Virus record (IMG/VR): IMGVR_UViG_3300044591_002420
Coordinates: 1 to 64,000 of that record
DNA from: a virus
Length of the DNA stretch: 64,000 nucleotides
Reading direction: 5' to 3' (one strand)
The notes beneath the pieces were generated by a model. That model worked only from the letters and a program-made list of their open reading frames with translations, searched no databases and was not told where the DNA came from. Of this stretch, positions 48,939 through 59,644 are shown one piece after another; position 1 is the first letter of the stretch; every line of letters starts with the position of its first letter. Position numbers and translations under genes: made by a program.

Positions 48939-49280
48939 ATGTTTGATAACTTTATTAACGGCTTTCTTTTTGGCTCAATGAGCGTACTACTATTGTGGTA
49001 TGTTTTTGATTATCGCAAAATTTTACGAATTTTAGAAGACTTTGATCATCTAAGAGGATATAAACGACTTAACTTATTAATATCACCACCTCTTCTTAGA
49101 GATATGAGATATCTCCAAAATAAAACAGGTCTTTCGGATGATGAGATTTTCTACCGAGCGATGGCACTTTACAGAGTATCATATGAAACTAAGGAAGAGG
49201 GTGGAAGTGTTATTCTAAAAAATTCAGATGGTACTATCAGAGAAAATGTTGGTTTTGCGACACTTCCAGTCAATCGGTAA
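48939..49280 (+). CDS. hypothetical protein with N-terminal TM segment and possible ribbon-helix-helix
   Basis: KRLNLLI..L..L..KTGLS..EIFYRAMALY. Confidence 0.45.
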   Translation: MFDNFINGFLFGSMSVLLLWYVFDYRKILRILEDFDHLRGYKRLNLLISPPLLRDMRYLQNKTGLSDDEIFYRAMALYRVSYETKEEGGSVILKNSDGTIRENVGFATLPVNR

Positions 49281-49351
49281 ACTGGCACACCAATCACCCA
49301 AACGATCAGTTTGGATGCTACACTAATTTTATTCAACGAGGAACTCTTATT

Positions 49352-49678
49352 ATGAATCAAGAAGTTAAAACAAAATGGATCCAGGCTCTTAGATCTGGAA
49401 AGTACAAACAAGGTTTTGGTGTTCTTCGCAGTGAAGACTGTTATTGTTGTCTTGGCGTTTTATGTGATCTGAATGAAGATACGGATTGGGAAGTCCTTGA
49501 TAATCCAGTAAAAAATATTTATAAGCCATCTCCAGATGATTCCTATATATGTCTACCCAATAAAATATCTGAATGGGCAGAACTAACATCTCATCAAGAA
49601 GATGTATTAGCGACATTTAATGATACATCTAGGTACACTTTTGAACAAATTGCCGATTACATTGAGGAGAATCTTTGA
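49352..49678 (+). CDS. hypothetical protein, tandem copy 1
   Basis: KW..ALRSGKYKQG..CCLGVLCD..ND..FEQIADYIE. Confidence 0.8.
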   Translation: MNQEVKTKWIQALRSGKYKQGFGVLRSEDCYCCLGVLCDLNEDTDWEVLDNPVKNIYKPSPDDSYICLPNKISEWAELTSHQEDVLATFNDTSRYTFEQIADYIEENL

Positions 49679-49680
49679 TT

Positions 49681-50007
49681 ATGAATCAAGAAGTTAAAAC
49701 AAAATGGATCCAGGCTCTTAGATCTGGAAAGTACAAACAAGGTCAAGCATATCTTCGTGAAGGTGAATATTATTGTTGTCTTGGTGTTTTATGTGATCTG
49801 AATGAATCAAGACAATGGACTCCTATTGATCGTCCATCTAAAAAGATTTATATTCCATTTCCCGATGAGGACTTTAAATATTTACCCGAAAATATCTCTC
49901 AGTGGGCGAATTTAACAGAATTTGAACAGGGCGAGCTAATAGAACTTAATGATACAGATAATTACACTTTTGAACAAATTGCCGATTACATTGAAGATAA
50001 TCTTTGA
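49681..50007 (+). CDS. hypothetical protein, tandem copy 2
   Basis: Same motifs; first 63 nt identical to copy 1. Confidence 0.8.
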   Translation: MNQEVKTKWIQALRSGKYKQGQAYLREGEYYCCLGVLCDLNESRQWTPIDRPSKKIYIPFPDEDFKYLPENISQWANLTEFEQGELIELNDTDNYTFEQIADYIEDNL

Positions 50008-50784
50008 TTATGCAAGAACATTTCCAATTTGTTAAACATTATCAACGTTCAACTTTTGATAATATCAAAAAATATCTAAAAGAAGGTAATTATGTTGCCG
50101 CCATTAATTGTTGGCAACATTCATATTATCCTATTTCGGTAGAAAAATTTCTTGCTTGTAATGAAACTGAAACTAATCGTGAACTTTTGGATAGTATTAA
50201 AGATATTCTTTCTTCAGTTGAACATTCTGTAAATAAAATTGAAGAGCATCTTAGAGAAGAAAGTTCACTATGGCAAGAAATGATGGAAGCGGGAGCACAT
50301 CATAGTCATCCTCGCCATCAAATGGCCGACAAAATTTTATGTGTTAGAAATTGGATTGACAATCATTTCTCTGCTAGAAAAATTGATTCTGGTGCGGTAT
50401 TTGCTGCACTTACTAATCAAGCAAATAAATGTCGCAACTTTAAGCGTGATTAATAAATGTTAAAAATCTTAGAATCCCAAGTTAAAATCGCCACAGAAGA
50501 AGCGATCAAAGAACTTACTAAACCTTTATGGGCCGAATTAAATCTATTATGACCAAGGAAGAACTTCTCCAATTTGTTAATCAGTATCAACGTTATTTTA
50601 ATGTTGATGATCTCCAAGATTTAGAACCATTGGAAATCTTGAAAAAATTTACTCATAGATGTTATGAGTATGGACATGAGAAAGGAGATAGAAGGGGCTA
50701 TAGAGAAGGTTTTGACGCAGGATACAAAGAATTAGAGTCTAGAGTATTAGATCTTTTTAATCATTAAACCATCTTTCTAACATC

Positions 50785-51132
50785 ATGACCCGACAAATTA
50801 AGGATTATTGGGTTAGTATTGAAGAAGCAAATAATCCAAACACACCACCAAAAGCCCTAGAACAACTAGCGACCGATGAGCATTATAGTGTTCGTTTGTG
50901 GGTAGCACGAAACCCAAACACGTCATTAGAAACTCTAGAAATTCTAGCGACCGATGAGAATTCTGGTGTTCGTTTGTGGGTAGCACATAATCCAAATACA
51001 CCACCAAAAATATTAGAACAACTAGCGACCGATGAGGCTTCTTATGTTCGTAGTGGTGTAGCAGATAATCCAAACACACCTCGCTACATCAAAAAGTATC
51101 TCAAAATTCAAGCACAACTGGCGACATTATGA
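50785..51132 (+). CDS. LRV/HEAT-like repeat protein, tail class A
   Basis: Three repeats plus YIKKYLKIQ tail. Confidence 0.9.
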   Translation: MTRQIKDYWVSIEEANNPNTPPKALEQLATDEHYSVRLWVARNPNTSLETLEILATDENSGVRLWVAHNPNTPPKILEQLATDEASYVRSGVADNPNTPRYIKKYLKIQAQLATL

Positions 51133-51388
51133 ACAAACTTGAACAAGCTAAAGATCCATCCACACCAACAATCTTAGAACTTCTAGCGACCGATGAGAAA
51201 TATTGTGTTCGTTGGAGATAGAACAAAGACAAAAAGCTAAATTGCTCAAACAACAACGAAAAGAATATCACAAACTAAAAAATATTTTAAGCGATTCAAC
51301 ATTTAACGATAAGACTCCGACTCATGTAATAGAAAAGTATCACAATCGTCTTAATGTTCTTAAAGATATTCTCGTTGACGCTTTATGA
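51129..51388 (+). pseudogene. frameshifted LRV repeat / ValRS-arm-like fusion
   Basis: MNKLEQAKDP..LATDEKYCVRWR* (TAG 51219); adding one G joins it to EQRQKAKLL..LSDSTFNDKTPTHVIEK. Confidence 0.55.
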
Positions 51389-51812
51389 ACTGTCACACAG
51401 AAGAGCATTAAAACAGTTCAGATATGCAAGAATGATCAAGTTGGATGAAACATCGCTTATGGGCTGGCTTATTAAAGAGCTTAGAGATGATTTATTTTAT
51501 TATCTCGCCAAAACAAAATATACTCCACCAAAAGTCTTAAAACTTTTAGCATCCGATGATGATTGCTATATTCGTTATCGGGTAGCACTAAACCGAAACA
51601 CTCCACCAAAAGCACTAGAACAACTAGCGACCGATGAAGAATGGGATGTTCGTTGTAGTGTAGCAAGAAATCCAAACACCCCACCAAAAGCACTAGAACA
51701 ACTAGCGACCGATGAGAGTTATTTTGTTCGTTATCGGGTAACAAGAAATCCAAACACACCACAATACATCAAGAAATATATTAAAATTCAAGAACAGCTT
51801 ATCAAATTATGA
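51354..51812 (+). CDS. LRV/HEAT-like repeat protein, tail class A (true start probably downstream of the promoter motif at 51375)
   Basis: Three repeats plus YIKKYIKIQ tail. Confidence 0.88.
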   Translation: MFLKIFSLTLYELSHRRALKQFRYARMIKLDETSLMGWLIKELRDDLFYYLAKTKYTPPKVLKLLASDDDCYIRYRVALNRNTPPKALEQLATDEEWDVRCSVARNPNTPPKALEQLATDESYFVRYRVTRNPNTPQYIKKYIKIQEQLIKL

Positions 51813-53646
51813 GTAACAATCAACAATATCTCAATTTAATAAATTAATTATGGACAAACGTACAACATCAATGATCGTAATGACCACAGGATCGTTACTC
51901 ACTATTATTGGATTATTGCCCAATGGACTCGTGTTTCTTTGGGTGGGGGGATTTATGTTTGGAACTGGTATTACTAAATGGAGTAATCATGAAGAAAATT
52001 AGTAGAATTACGATCCATGAAGAGCAAATAATTGATTTGGATGGTGATATTGATTCGGCTATATCCCAACTACAATCATACAAAGAAAAAGGTTGGGATA
52101 GAGTACGCTGCACCACAATATCTTATCAATATGATGCTGGTAAATACCCTGTAATATTAGTCTATAGAAATAGAATGGAAACAGATGAAGAATATGAGAA
52201 GAGAATAGCGAAAGAAAAACAATTAAAAATCAAACAACAAGAATTAGATCTTAAAGAATACAGCAGACTCAAAAAGTTATTTGAAAACCAATGAATGCAA
52301 AAGTCTATAAAATCATCCTACAAGTTATTGATTTTGGGGATTATCAATCAGATGAAGAAATTCGTTATAGAATAGAAGACATGAAAGATCTTTATCCCAC
52401 TGTAATCACCATGGAATCAAGAGATCTTGGTGAGTGGTATGATGATCACCCATTAAACAAAAAAGAAACTTATTTAGCGGAATTTGAGAGGATATTTAAT
52501 GAGCAAGCTTAATTTGACTGAATTATCTTATGAAGAACTATTGAATATACAAAAAGACATTGAAAAAGAGATGTCTAATAGATCAGAATTTATGAGAGTA
52601 TATAAGATTAGTTTTTATGTTGGCTTCAGCCCAACTAAACATCAACATGATGACTTGTTAACGGAAGATGATTTTGGTGATTATATTCATGATATGTTTG
52701 CTGGTGTGGTAGCTATGAGAATTATGGATGATTTTGGCCTTATTGATCCCGAAGATGTATCTGGTTATAATGTAATAGAACTGAAACCAGATCAGTTTCC
52801 AGATATGTTTAAAACAACTTAAGAAGAGAATAATTATGAAAGAATGGCGACAATCACAACTTCCAGATTAGATTCAGATGGAAAAGTGGTACAGTTGGGA
52901 AAGAAAGTATTTCGGAGATTAGGAAAATAAGTGGACACATCAAAAACTGTCACACTGGGATCTGATCACTCCTCACGATACACTATGATGTACCAGTAAA
53001 TGAGAATCTTATGGACTGTGAAACCTTTCTTCAAAAACTTGTTGAACGTGGAGATATTTTGAGATATAAGCGAAAAGAAATAACAGAGACTGATCGTTGG
53101 GGTAAAAGGAAAAAAGATGTTAGACATTTATTGCCAACACCCGATAGCGAAGAGTGTACACTGGTTTTCCCCTCGGGTTCATCTCTAATTATCAAATCTC
53201 ATTCTTTATATGATTCTCATCTTGTTTTTGAATTAACCGAATAATAACATGGACATTCTCAAAAAACTCGTTGATAATGGCGATATTGTTTCGTATAAAA
53301 ACTTATATGAAAATGTAGAAGACGATTATGACGAATGGAAAGAAGAATATTTTATATTAACTTTTAAATCAGGAATTTCTCTTCGTGTTAAGTCTGGAGC
53401 AGTAGACGAAGAAAATTGCATTAGAAACCTTGACATTTATGAGATGGATGAACTAGAAAAAACGATTCATGATTACGATTCTTCTTTTCCTTATGTGGAG
53501 TTAGCAATGTATCTTCACAATAATAAAGAAAAATGTCGCAGACATCATGATCTCACTCGTCTGATTTATGGTTTTATCTGCGATTACAGTACCAATCCTT
53601 TGAGTGATTCTTGGAATCTCGCTGATCGTATTCTTTATTTGGATCT

Positions 53647-54180
53647 ATGAAAGTTCAAGTTTTTCATTATCAGATTCTTCAAGAAGCTCCACTTTCAGAT
53701 TTAGTCAATTTCAAGGAACATCGTCGTCTAAGAGTCTTTTATCATAAAGGAGCAAAGTGTGTAACTTGTGATAAATTGGGAACTAGATTAATTCTCGGTA
53801 AAGATGGTGGTGGAACTACACATTGGGATCTTTATACTGAAGATTTATATCCCTTAACTGTAGATCACATTGTTCCGAAATCTCTTGGTGGATCTTCTGA
53901 AATTGATAATCTTCAGCCTATGTGTTCTGGATGTAATACAATCAAAGGAAATGGTTGCGAACAACAAAAACACATTAAACCTCCTCTAGTAAAAGTATCT
54001 AACTCAGGATTATCAGAAAGTGATCTGATTGGTAGAAGAGTGTGGAAGAAAAGAAGTAATAATCCTATCGGGACAGTATCATCAATCACGATTAATCCAC
54101 ATACTAAATTATCATCAGCTCTAGTGGATGGTAATCAGCATTCGTTTTATGATCTACACACATTATATCTTGAACAATGA
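53647..54180 (+). CDS. HNH endonuclease-domain protein
   Basis: CVTC..TVDHIVPKSLGGS..NLQPMCSGCNTIKG. Confidence 0.88.
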   Translation: MKVQVFHYQILQEAPLSDLVNFKEHRRLRVFYHKGAKCVTCDKLGTRLILGKDGGGTTHWDLYTEDLYPLTVDHIVPKSLGGSSEIDNLQPMCSGCNTIKGNGCEQQKHIKPPLVKVSNSGLSESDLIGRRVWKKRSNNPIGTVSSITINPHTKLSSALVDGNQHSFYDLHTLYLEQ

Positions 54181-54668
54181 AAACGTTCCTGGGATTTAAT
54201 GATCTTCCACTAGAAGATTTTATCAAAAAACAACCACCGGATCCGATGCAACAATACATTAAGATCTTAATGTTGGAGCATCTTTCTAAAAATTATAATG
54301 TAAAACTACCCATCTTTACATCATCAGAACTTTTAGAATTTTGGCCACAACACGAGGCACTACACTTTCTTACTGGTTTAGATAACTCACCTTATTCCGA
54401 AAGAAAGATTGTCTGGTATGAAAGCATCTATAATGTTGGATTCAAAGAGCGCAGTGGATATATAACCTATTTGGTGGAAGATAACCCAACAGTTAAAATT
54501 GATAGAGAAAATCTATTAGAAATAGCCGACGTTATTAGAGAATACCATCTGAATAATTTTCAAAACCATGATTCTGGTGAATATCGTATATCAATACCAG
54601 GTCAATTCGTTAAGGATCTTCTGAGCCAATCATAAAACTGTCCACTCTTCCACACAAATCCCCATAAG

Positions 54669-55130
54669 ATGTGCTATTCTACTAAAGTCTCCAATCAAAA
54701 ACCAATGAATTACACTTTCGCAAATGCAGCCGAGGTTATTGCCGTTTATGGTGAACCTGTTCTTGCAAAACGCAAGACACTTGTAAACATTCGTACACCA
54801 AAAGGAACCGAAGTGTTTGCACGAGATTATGGTGATCTCACTGCGGTAGAAGGAATTGATTATGTTATGGTACCTCTTGATGGTAGTGACTCTTATCCTT
54901 GTAAGATTGACATCTTTTATAAATCATGGAGTGAAACTGAAACCTCTGGTGTTTATGAACGAAAAGCTCTCTCACGACTTGTTCAAGTACCAGTTGGTGA
55001 TATTGTTACGTTGAAAACTCTTGAAGGTGATATCACTGTTGAACATCCTACTTATATTGTTCTTGGTGTGGATGACGAAGTTTACAGTAACACAGAAGAG
55101 TTTACCAACAAAAATCTTATTTTCATTTGA
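54669..55130 (+). CDS. tandem TLEG/YPCK (PGDYG-like) domain protein
   Basis: EGIDYVM..SYPCKIDIFYKSW and KTLEGD..YIVLGVDDEVY. Confidence 0.55.
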   Translation: MCYSTKVSNQKPMNYTFANAAEVIAVYGEPVLAKRKTLVNIRTPKGTEVFARDYGDLTAVEGIDYVMVPLDGSDSYPCKIDIFYKSWSETETSGVYERKALSRLVQVPVGDIVTLKTLEGDITVEHPTYIVLGVDDEVYSNTEEFTNKNLIFI

Positions 55131-55200
55131 AGAACTGTATTATCAACACTGCCTCAACAAAAAGAAAAATTATCCTCAAGAATCACGTTAAAGTTTAATT

Positions 55201-55532
55201 ATGGAATTTACACTAACAGAAAATCACCTAAAGCTTCTACAAAAAATGTGGGTGGGTTGGTCAACGTGTGAGTTTGGAGCACCCGAAATTGATCCAAAAC
55301 GACCTTATGGTAACAGTGATGTTATCGGAGATATTCATGAAATTTTAACAGACACTTATTCTTCTCGGGAATACATTTCAGAAGAAATGGAAAAAAATAT
55401 AATAAACTACATAAGGAAACTGAAACCGCACTTCAAATTGCTCTAAGCACACAATCCTTCGTGTCTGGACGATATAGAAAAATTGACCCTTACGGTAAAG
55501 ATTGGGAACTTATTGAAGATTGTGTAAACTAA
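55201..55532 (+). CDS. conserved phage protein with apparent -1 frameshift at an A7 run
   Basis: IDPKRPYGNSDV in frame 0; KLHKETETALQIAL continues in the -1 frame after 55391-55397. Confidence 0.55.
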
Positions 55533-55544
55533 ATAACATTTCAA

Positions 55545-55616
55545 CTGGATGTAAGTCAGTGGTAGACGGCACCGTTTGGGGCGGTGAAGACGTTGGTTCA
55601 AATCCAACCATCCAGA
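55545..55616 (+). tRNA. tRNA-Pro(TGG)
   Basis: Acceptor CTGGATG/CATCCAG; CACCG-TTTGGGG-CGGTG; GTTGG-TTCAAAT-CCAAC; late promoter CTAAATA at 55529. Confidence 0.93.
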
Positions 55617-55637
55617 CTAACAATGAACTTCTTAATT

Positions 55638-56687
55638 ATGAAAAAATACGATGCCGTCGTCTTTATCGGACGATTTCAACCTTTCCATAATGCTCATTTG
55701 GAGATTGTAAAAACCGCCTATGAGTACACCGATGATGTTATTCTCATTAGAGGATCACAATTCAAGCCAGTAACATACAAGAATCCTTTTCAATCGGACG
55801 ATTTTCAATACGAATCTTCCTATTTTAAAGATGCGATTGTAGATTCTGTTAAAGACATTATTGATCAAATCAGTCAGAATCAAGAAGAACAACGAAAGAG
55901 TTTTAGTATTATTCCAGTAAGAGATAATCCAGATGATAATGTTTGGGCACAGAATGTCTCACGAAAAGTAGACGAAGCAACGATTTATTCTAAAAATGTT
56001 GCTCTCATCGGATGTAAGAAAGATGATACTTCTTTTTATCTTGATATGTTTCCTCAATGGGAATTTATTGAGCTTCCACTTAAACATAATTTAAGCGCAA
56101 CACAGATTAGAGAACTCTACTTCGTAGAAAATCCCAATCTTGATTTTTTGAAAGCTGTTGTTCCGAAACCAGTTTTCAATTTTCTTGATAACATGAAGAA
56201 TAGTTCTTGGCATCAACATGTAGTTAATGAGCGTAGATGCGAAGAAAAATATAAACAAGTATATGTGAATTTACCATTTCCGCCCACGTTTATTACCGTT
56301 GATCCTGTTGTCTTTTGTTCGGGTCATGTTCTTATGATTCGGCGAGGTGCCTATCCCGGTAAAGGATTACTCGCTCTTCCGGGGGGATTTCTGGATGCAA
56401 ATACCGATCCGAGTCTAGAATATGCGATGTTCCGAGAGCTGAAAGAAGAAACAGGACTCTCTCCTGAAAATTTTGTTATCAAATCAACTCGCTACTTTGA
56501 TTCTCCTAAACGTAGCACCAGAGGTCGCACAGTAACACACGCATTCAATATTGTTCTATCTGATAAAATTCCACCTGAAGTTCAAGGTGCATCAGATGCA
56601 ACAGAAGCACTATGGATTCCTTTAGATCAGTTAAAAACACAAAAATGTTTTGAAGACCACTACTACATTATTCAATCTTTTCTTTGA
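55638..56687 (+). CDS. bifunctional NMN adenylyltransferase / Nudix ADP-ribose hydrolase (NadM-Nudix)
   Basis: FIGRFQPFHNAH, KNPF, SATQIR, Nudix box PGGF..AMFRELKEETG, FEDHY. Confidence 0.93.
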   Translation: MKKYDAVVFIGRFQPFHNAHLEIVKTAYEYTDDVILIRGSQFKPVTYKNPFQSDDFQYESSYFKDAIVDSVKDIIDQISQNQEEQRKSFSIIPVRDNPDDNVWAQNVSRKVDEATIYSKNVALIGCKKDDTSFYLDMFPQWEFIELPLKHNLSATQIRELYFVENPNLDFLKAVVPKPVFNFLDNMKNSSWHQHVVNERRCEEKYKQVYVNLPFPPTFITVDPVVFCSGHVLMIRRGAYPGKGLLALPGGFLDANTDPSLEYAMFRELKEETGLSPENFVIKSTRYFDSPKRSTRGRTVTHAFNIVLSDKIPPEVQGASDATEALWIPLDQLKTQKCFEDHYYIIQSFL

Positions 56688-56688
56688 T

Positions 56689-57204
56689 ATGAAAAATCTA
56701 GACTACAATCTAATTCAAAAATACAACAACTTCCATTTCTTCTATAATGGATATCTGTCTAATTGGGCTGATACGCCTTTTGTAGATCTTTCTGATGGTA
56801 ATTCTTATAATTGTTCCGAGCAATATATGATGTACCATAAGGCTCTTACCTTTGGTGATCATGAAACATCCATTAAAATTATGGAAGCTAGACATCCCGG
56901 AGATCAAAAAGCTCTCGGTAGAAAAGTTAAAAACTTCAATCCCGATCAATGGAATAAAGTAGCTAAAAATATTGTTTATCGTGGATGCTTCTACAAGTTT
57001 ACTCAAAATGTGGAAGTTTATCAACAACTACTGTCCACCGATGGTTCACTTTTAGTTGAGGCTTCACCAACTGATATTGTTTGGGGAATTGGATTGGGTG
57101 GATATGATGATTTACGACATGATCCACAAAATTGGAGAGGATCTAATTGGTTGGGAGAAGTTCTTACTAAGCTACGTGAAAATCTTATGTTGAATCCGTA
57201 CTAA
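56689..57204 (+). CDS. NADAR (YbiA-like) family protein
   Basis: LSNW, SEQYMM..KA..F.D, K.LGRKV.NF, KFTQN, LVEASP.D.VWGIG, WRGSNWLG. Confidence 0.92.
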   Translation: MKNLDYNLIQKYNNFHFFYNGYLSNWADTPFVDLSDGNSYNCSEQYMMYHKALTFGDHETSIKIMEARHPGDQKALGRKVKNFNPDQWNKVAKNIVYRGCFYKFTQNVEVYQQLLSTDGSLLVEASPTDIVWGIGLGGYDDLRHDPQNWRGSNWLGEVLTKLRENLMLNPY

Positions 57205-57723
57205 ATTTATTATGATTACTTTACGACCTATTACTATCAATTTCCATCATACCGAATCTTTTACTATTGAAGAGTATCTTGAATATTGTGAAGATCAGGA
57301 TATAACCCCAACACAAAAACACTATACCAGTTGGGCTATTGAAAATATGGAATCGGGTCTATGTGATGGTATTGATACCGATAAGTTTGTGATAACAACA
57401 GATCTTCCAAGAGAAGTTGATTTTGAAATAAATGAGACAGTGGAAACCGAAGAATTAAAACCATTATGTTGTGAAGAATGTGTTAGTGATTTAACGGAGG
57501 ATGAAATCAAGAACTTTCATAATCTATTACATCCAGATAGTCTTATTGTGGATAAGACAGAAAATAATATAATCATTTTGCAAAATTCGGATAATGACAT
57601 CTTAAAATATGGAGTTATTGTTGACGATCAAGGACACATTTTAATCATCAAAAAGAGTGTTGATAGTTTTTGTCTCCTGATGCTCCTAAAAGAATTATTG
57701 GTAAATTAAAATAGGTTCAATAA

Positions 57724-58605
57724 ATGCAAATTAAAAAACCAATGCTCGCTGGAAATTATGATCCAGCGAAAGCTTTATTTCCTTATATCGCTACTCCAAA
57801 GATTGATGGTATTCGTTTTGTGATGGTGAACGGTGTTGCACTTTCACGTTCATTTAAACCTCTTCGCAATAAGTACATTCAATCTCTTCTTTCTTTGGCT
57901 CTTCCCGATGGAATGGATGGAGAACTAACATCGGGAGATACCTTTCAATCGTCAACTTCAGCTATTATGAAGATTGAAGGACAGCCAGAGTTTACTGTCT
58001 GGCTTTTTGATTATGTTGATTCTTCTTTAGATAAAATTCTTTCTTATTCTGCGAGAATGAAGCAACTCTCTCAGTTTAATCTAGAACAAGAATATCCTTT
58101 CACTCTTCATAAGCTTCTCGGTAAACCAGTTCTTTCACAAGAAGAGCTTGAAATCTTAGACGATTACCATCTTGATTCTGGTTTTGAAGGTACGATGTTA
58201 CGATCACCGTCAGGAACTTATAAATTTGGTCGTTCTACGGTAAGAGATAACATTCTTTTAAAAGTCAAACGATTCACTGATGACGAAGGTTTGCTTATTG
58301 ATGTTCACGAAAAAATGAGCAATCAAAATGATGCTGAAATTGATGAATTAGGACACACTAAACGTTCATCGGCCTTAGATGGAATGATTCCGATGAATAC
58401 TGCCGGAAGTCTAGTCGTTTCTGGATCTTATGGTGAAGTCAAGGTTGGTAGTGGACTTGATGATAAAATGAGAGAATATATCTGGAAAAACAGAGATTCT
58501 CTTATCGGTAAGAGTTATGTGAAATACAAGTTCTTTCCGCAAGGTGTTAAAGATCTACCTAGACATCCAGTTTTTATTGGATTTCGGGATTCGGATGATA
58601 TGTGA
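57724..58605 (+). CDS. ATP-dependent DNA ligase
   Basis: PKIDGIR, DGEL, FD, EGTMLR, LLKVK, VGSG, PRHPVF. Confidence 0.93.
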   Translation: MQIKKPMLAGNYDPAKALFPYIATPKIDGIRFVMVNGVALSRSFKPLRNKYIQSLLSLALPDGMDGELTSGDTFQSSTSAIMKIEGQPEFTVWLFDYVDSSLDKILSYSARMKQLSQFNLEQEYPFTLHKLLGKPVLSQEELEILDDYHLDSGFEGTMLRSPSGTYKFGRSTVRDNILLKVKRFTDDEGLLIDVHEKMSNQNDAEIDELGHTKRSSALDGMIPMNTAGSLVVSGSYGEVKVGSGLDDKMREYIWKNRDSLIGKSYVKYKFFPQGVKDLPRHPVFIGFRDSDDM

Positions 58606-58660
58606 CGGTACTAAAACTGTCTACTGACTCAACTTTGATCCTTCTGTTCATGCTATCGTA
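58602..58660 (+). promoter_or_regulatory. palindrome plus extended -10 promoter
   Basis: GTGACG-N10-TGTCTA; TGC-TATCGT. Confidence 0.55.
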
Positions 58661-58682
58661 TTGAAAATTATGGAGAACTGCC

Positions 58683-59270
58683 ATGCTTATTGATGTTTAC
58701 AACCTGCCCGCAAATCTTAGAGCTGAAATCATTACACATATTATTGATCCTTGTGTTTTAGTAAATCTGGCGACCGATGAGGATCCTGAGGTTCGTTGGA
58801 GGGTAGCATGTAATCAAAACACACCACCAAAAGTTCTAGAACAACTAGCGACCGATAAGAATGATAATGTTCGTTATTGGGTAGCAGAAAATCCAAACAC
58901 ACCACCGGAAACACTAAAAATCCTATCGACCGATATGGATTGGGTTGTTCGTTGTAGAGTAGCAAAACAGCCAAATACTCCACCAGAAATCCTAGAAGTT
59001 CTAGCGAGCGATGTATGCTTTACTGTTCTTAAAGGAGTAGCGGAAAATCCAAAAACACCTTCAGCCGCTTTAGAAAAAATTATCAATAAAAATTTTAGTA
59101 CCTACATAGGGCTTATTGAATTTGATAAAAACGCACTGATCAAAACGGCTAAAGAACATCCAAACTATAAAAAATCGGTCAATCTTGATCTTTCACAATC
59201 ACAACTAACTGCTCTCAAAAATCTTATTGCTGCATCAAGCGATCCATATCTTCGGGAACTTTTTAACTGA
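58683..59270 (+). CDS. LRV/HEAT-like repeat protein, tail class B
   Basis: Four repeats plus HPNY..LDLSQSQLTALKNLIAASSDP tail. Confidence 0.88.
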   Translation: MLIDVYNLPANLRAEIITHIIDPCVLVNLATDEDPEVRWRVACNQNTPPKVLEQLATDKNDNVRYWVAENPNTPPETLKILSTDMDWVVRCRVAKQPNTPPEILEVLASDVCFTVLKGVAENPKTPSAALEKIINKNFSTYIGLIEFDKNALIKTAKEHPNYKKSVNLDLSQSQLTALKNLIAASSDPYLRELFN

Positions 59271-59278
59271 ACATCCCT

Positions 59279-59641
59279 ATGAAACCTTATCTGCACAGTA
59301 GAATTCACGTAAAAAAATATGGAGGACTTCCTTCTGACTATTCTGATATTGATGATTTTATTGATAGCAGTAAGGCAACCGTTCCCGATATGAGACATCG
59401 GGCGATATTACATTCTGCCTTTGGATGTTTTATTGTTGAACAAGTCTTCGGAAGAGAACGAAAAAATTCAGATGGAATCACATTTTCGCCACGAGATGTA
59501 GCCGAAGATCATATTATTCAAGATCTTGGGTTTATTCCTACAGTTGAAGCTTATCTAAAACACATGGAGCTTCAACCATGGATGAGTGGAACACATAAGT
59601 CCACACAAAAAACTACAAAATTTTTACCACTTGGAGATTAA
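59279..59641 (+). CDS. DUF6915-like His-rich protein
   Basis: P..HS....KYGG..DY..FIDSSK....D.RHRAILHS..G..AEDHI..DLGFIP. Confidence 0.7.
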   Translation: MKPYLHSRIHVKKYGGLPSDYSDIDDFIDSSKATVPDMRHRAILHSAFGCFIVEQVFGRERKNSDGITFSPRDVAEDHIIQDLGFIPTVEAYLKHMELQPWMSGTHKSTQKTTKFLPLGD

Positions 59642-59644
59642 ATC

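Noticed and set aside
53647-54180. HNH gene as an intron-encoded homing endonuclease
   Set aside because: No interrupted host gene or intron structure is visible; it is coupled to its neighbours by ATGA overlaps.
55584-55637. ORF-track N-terminal extension of NadM-Nudix
   Set aside because: Begins inside tRNA-Pro; ATG at 55623 or 55638 is more plausible.
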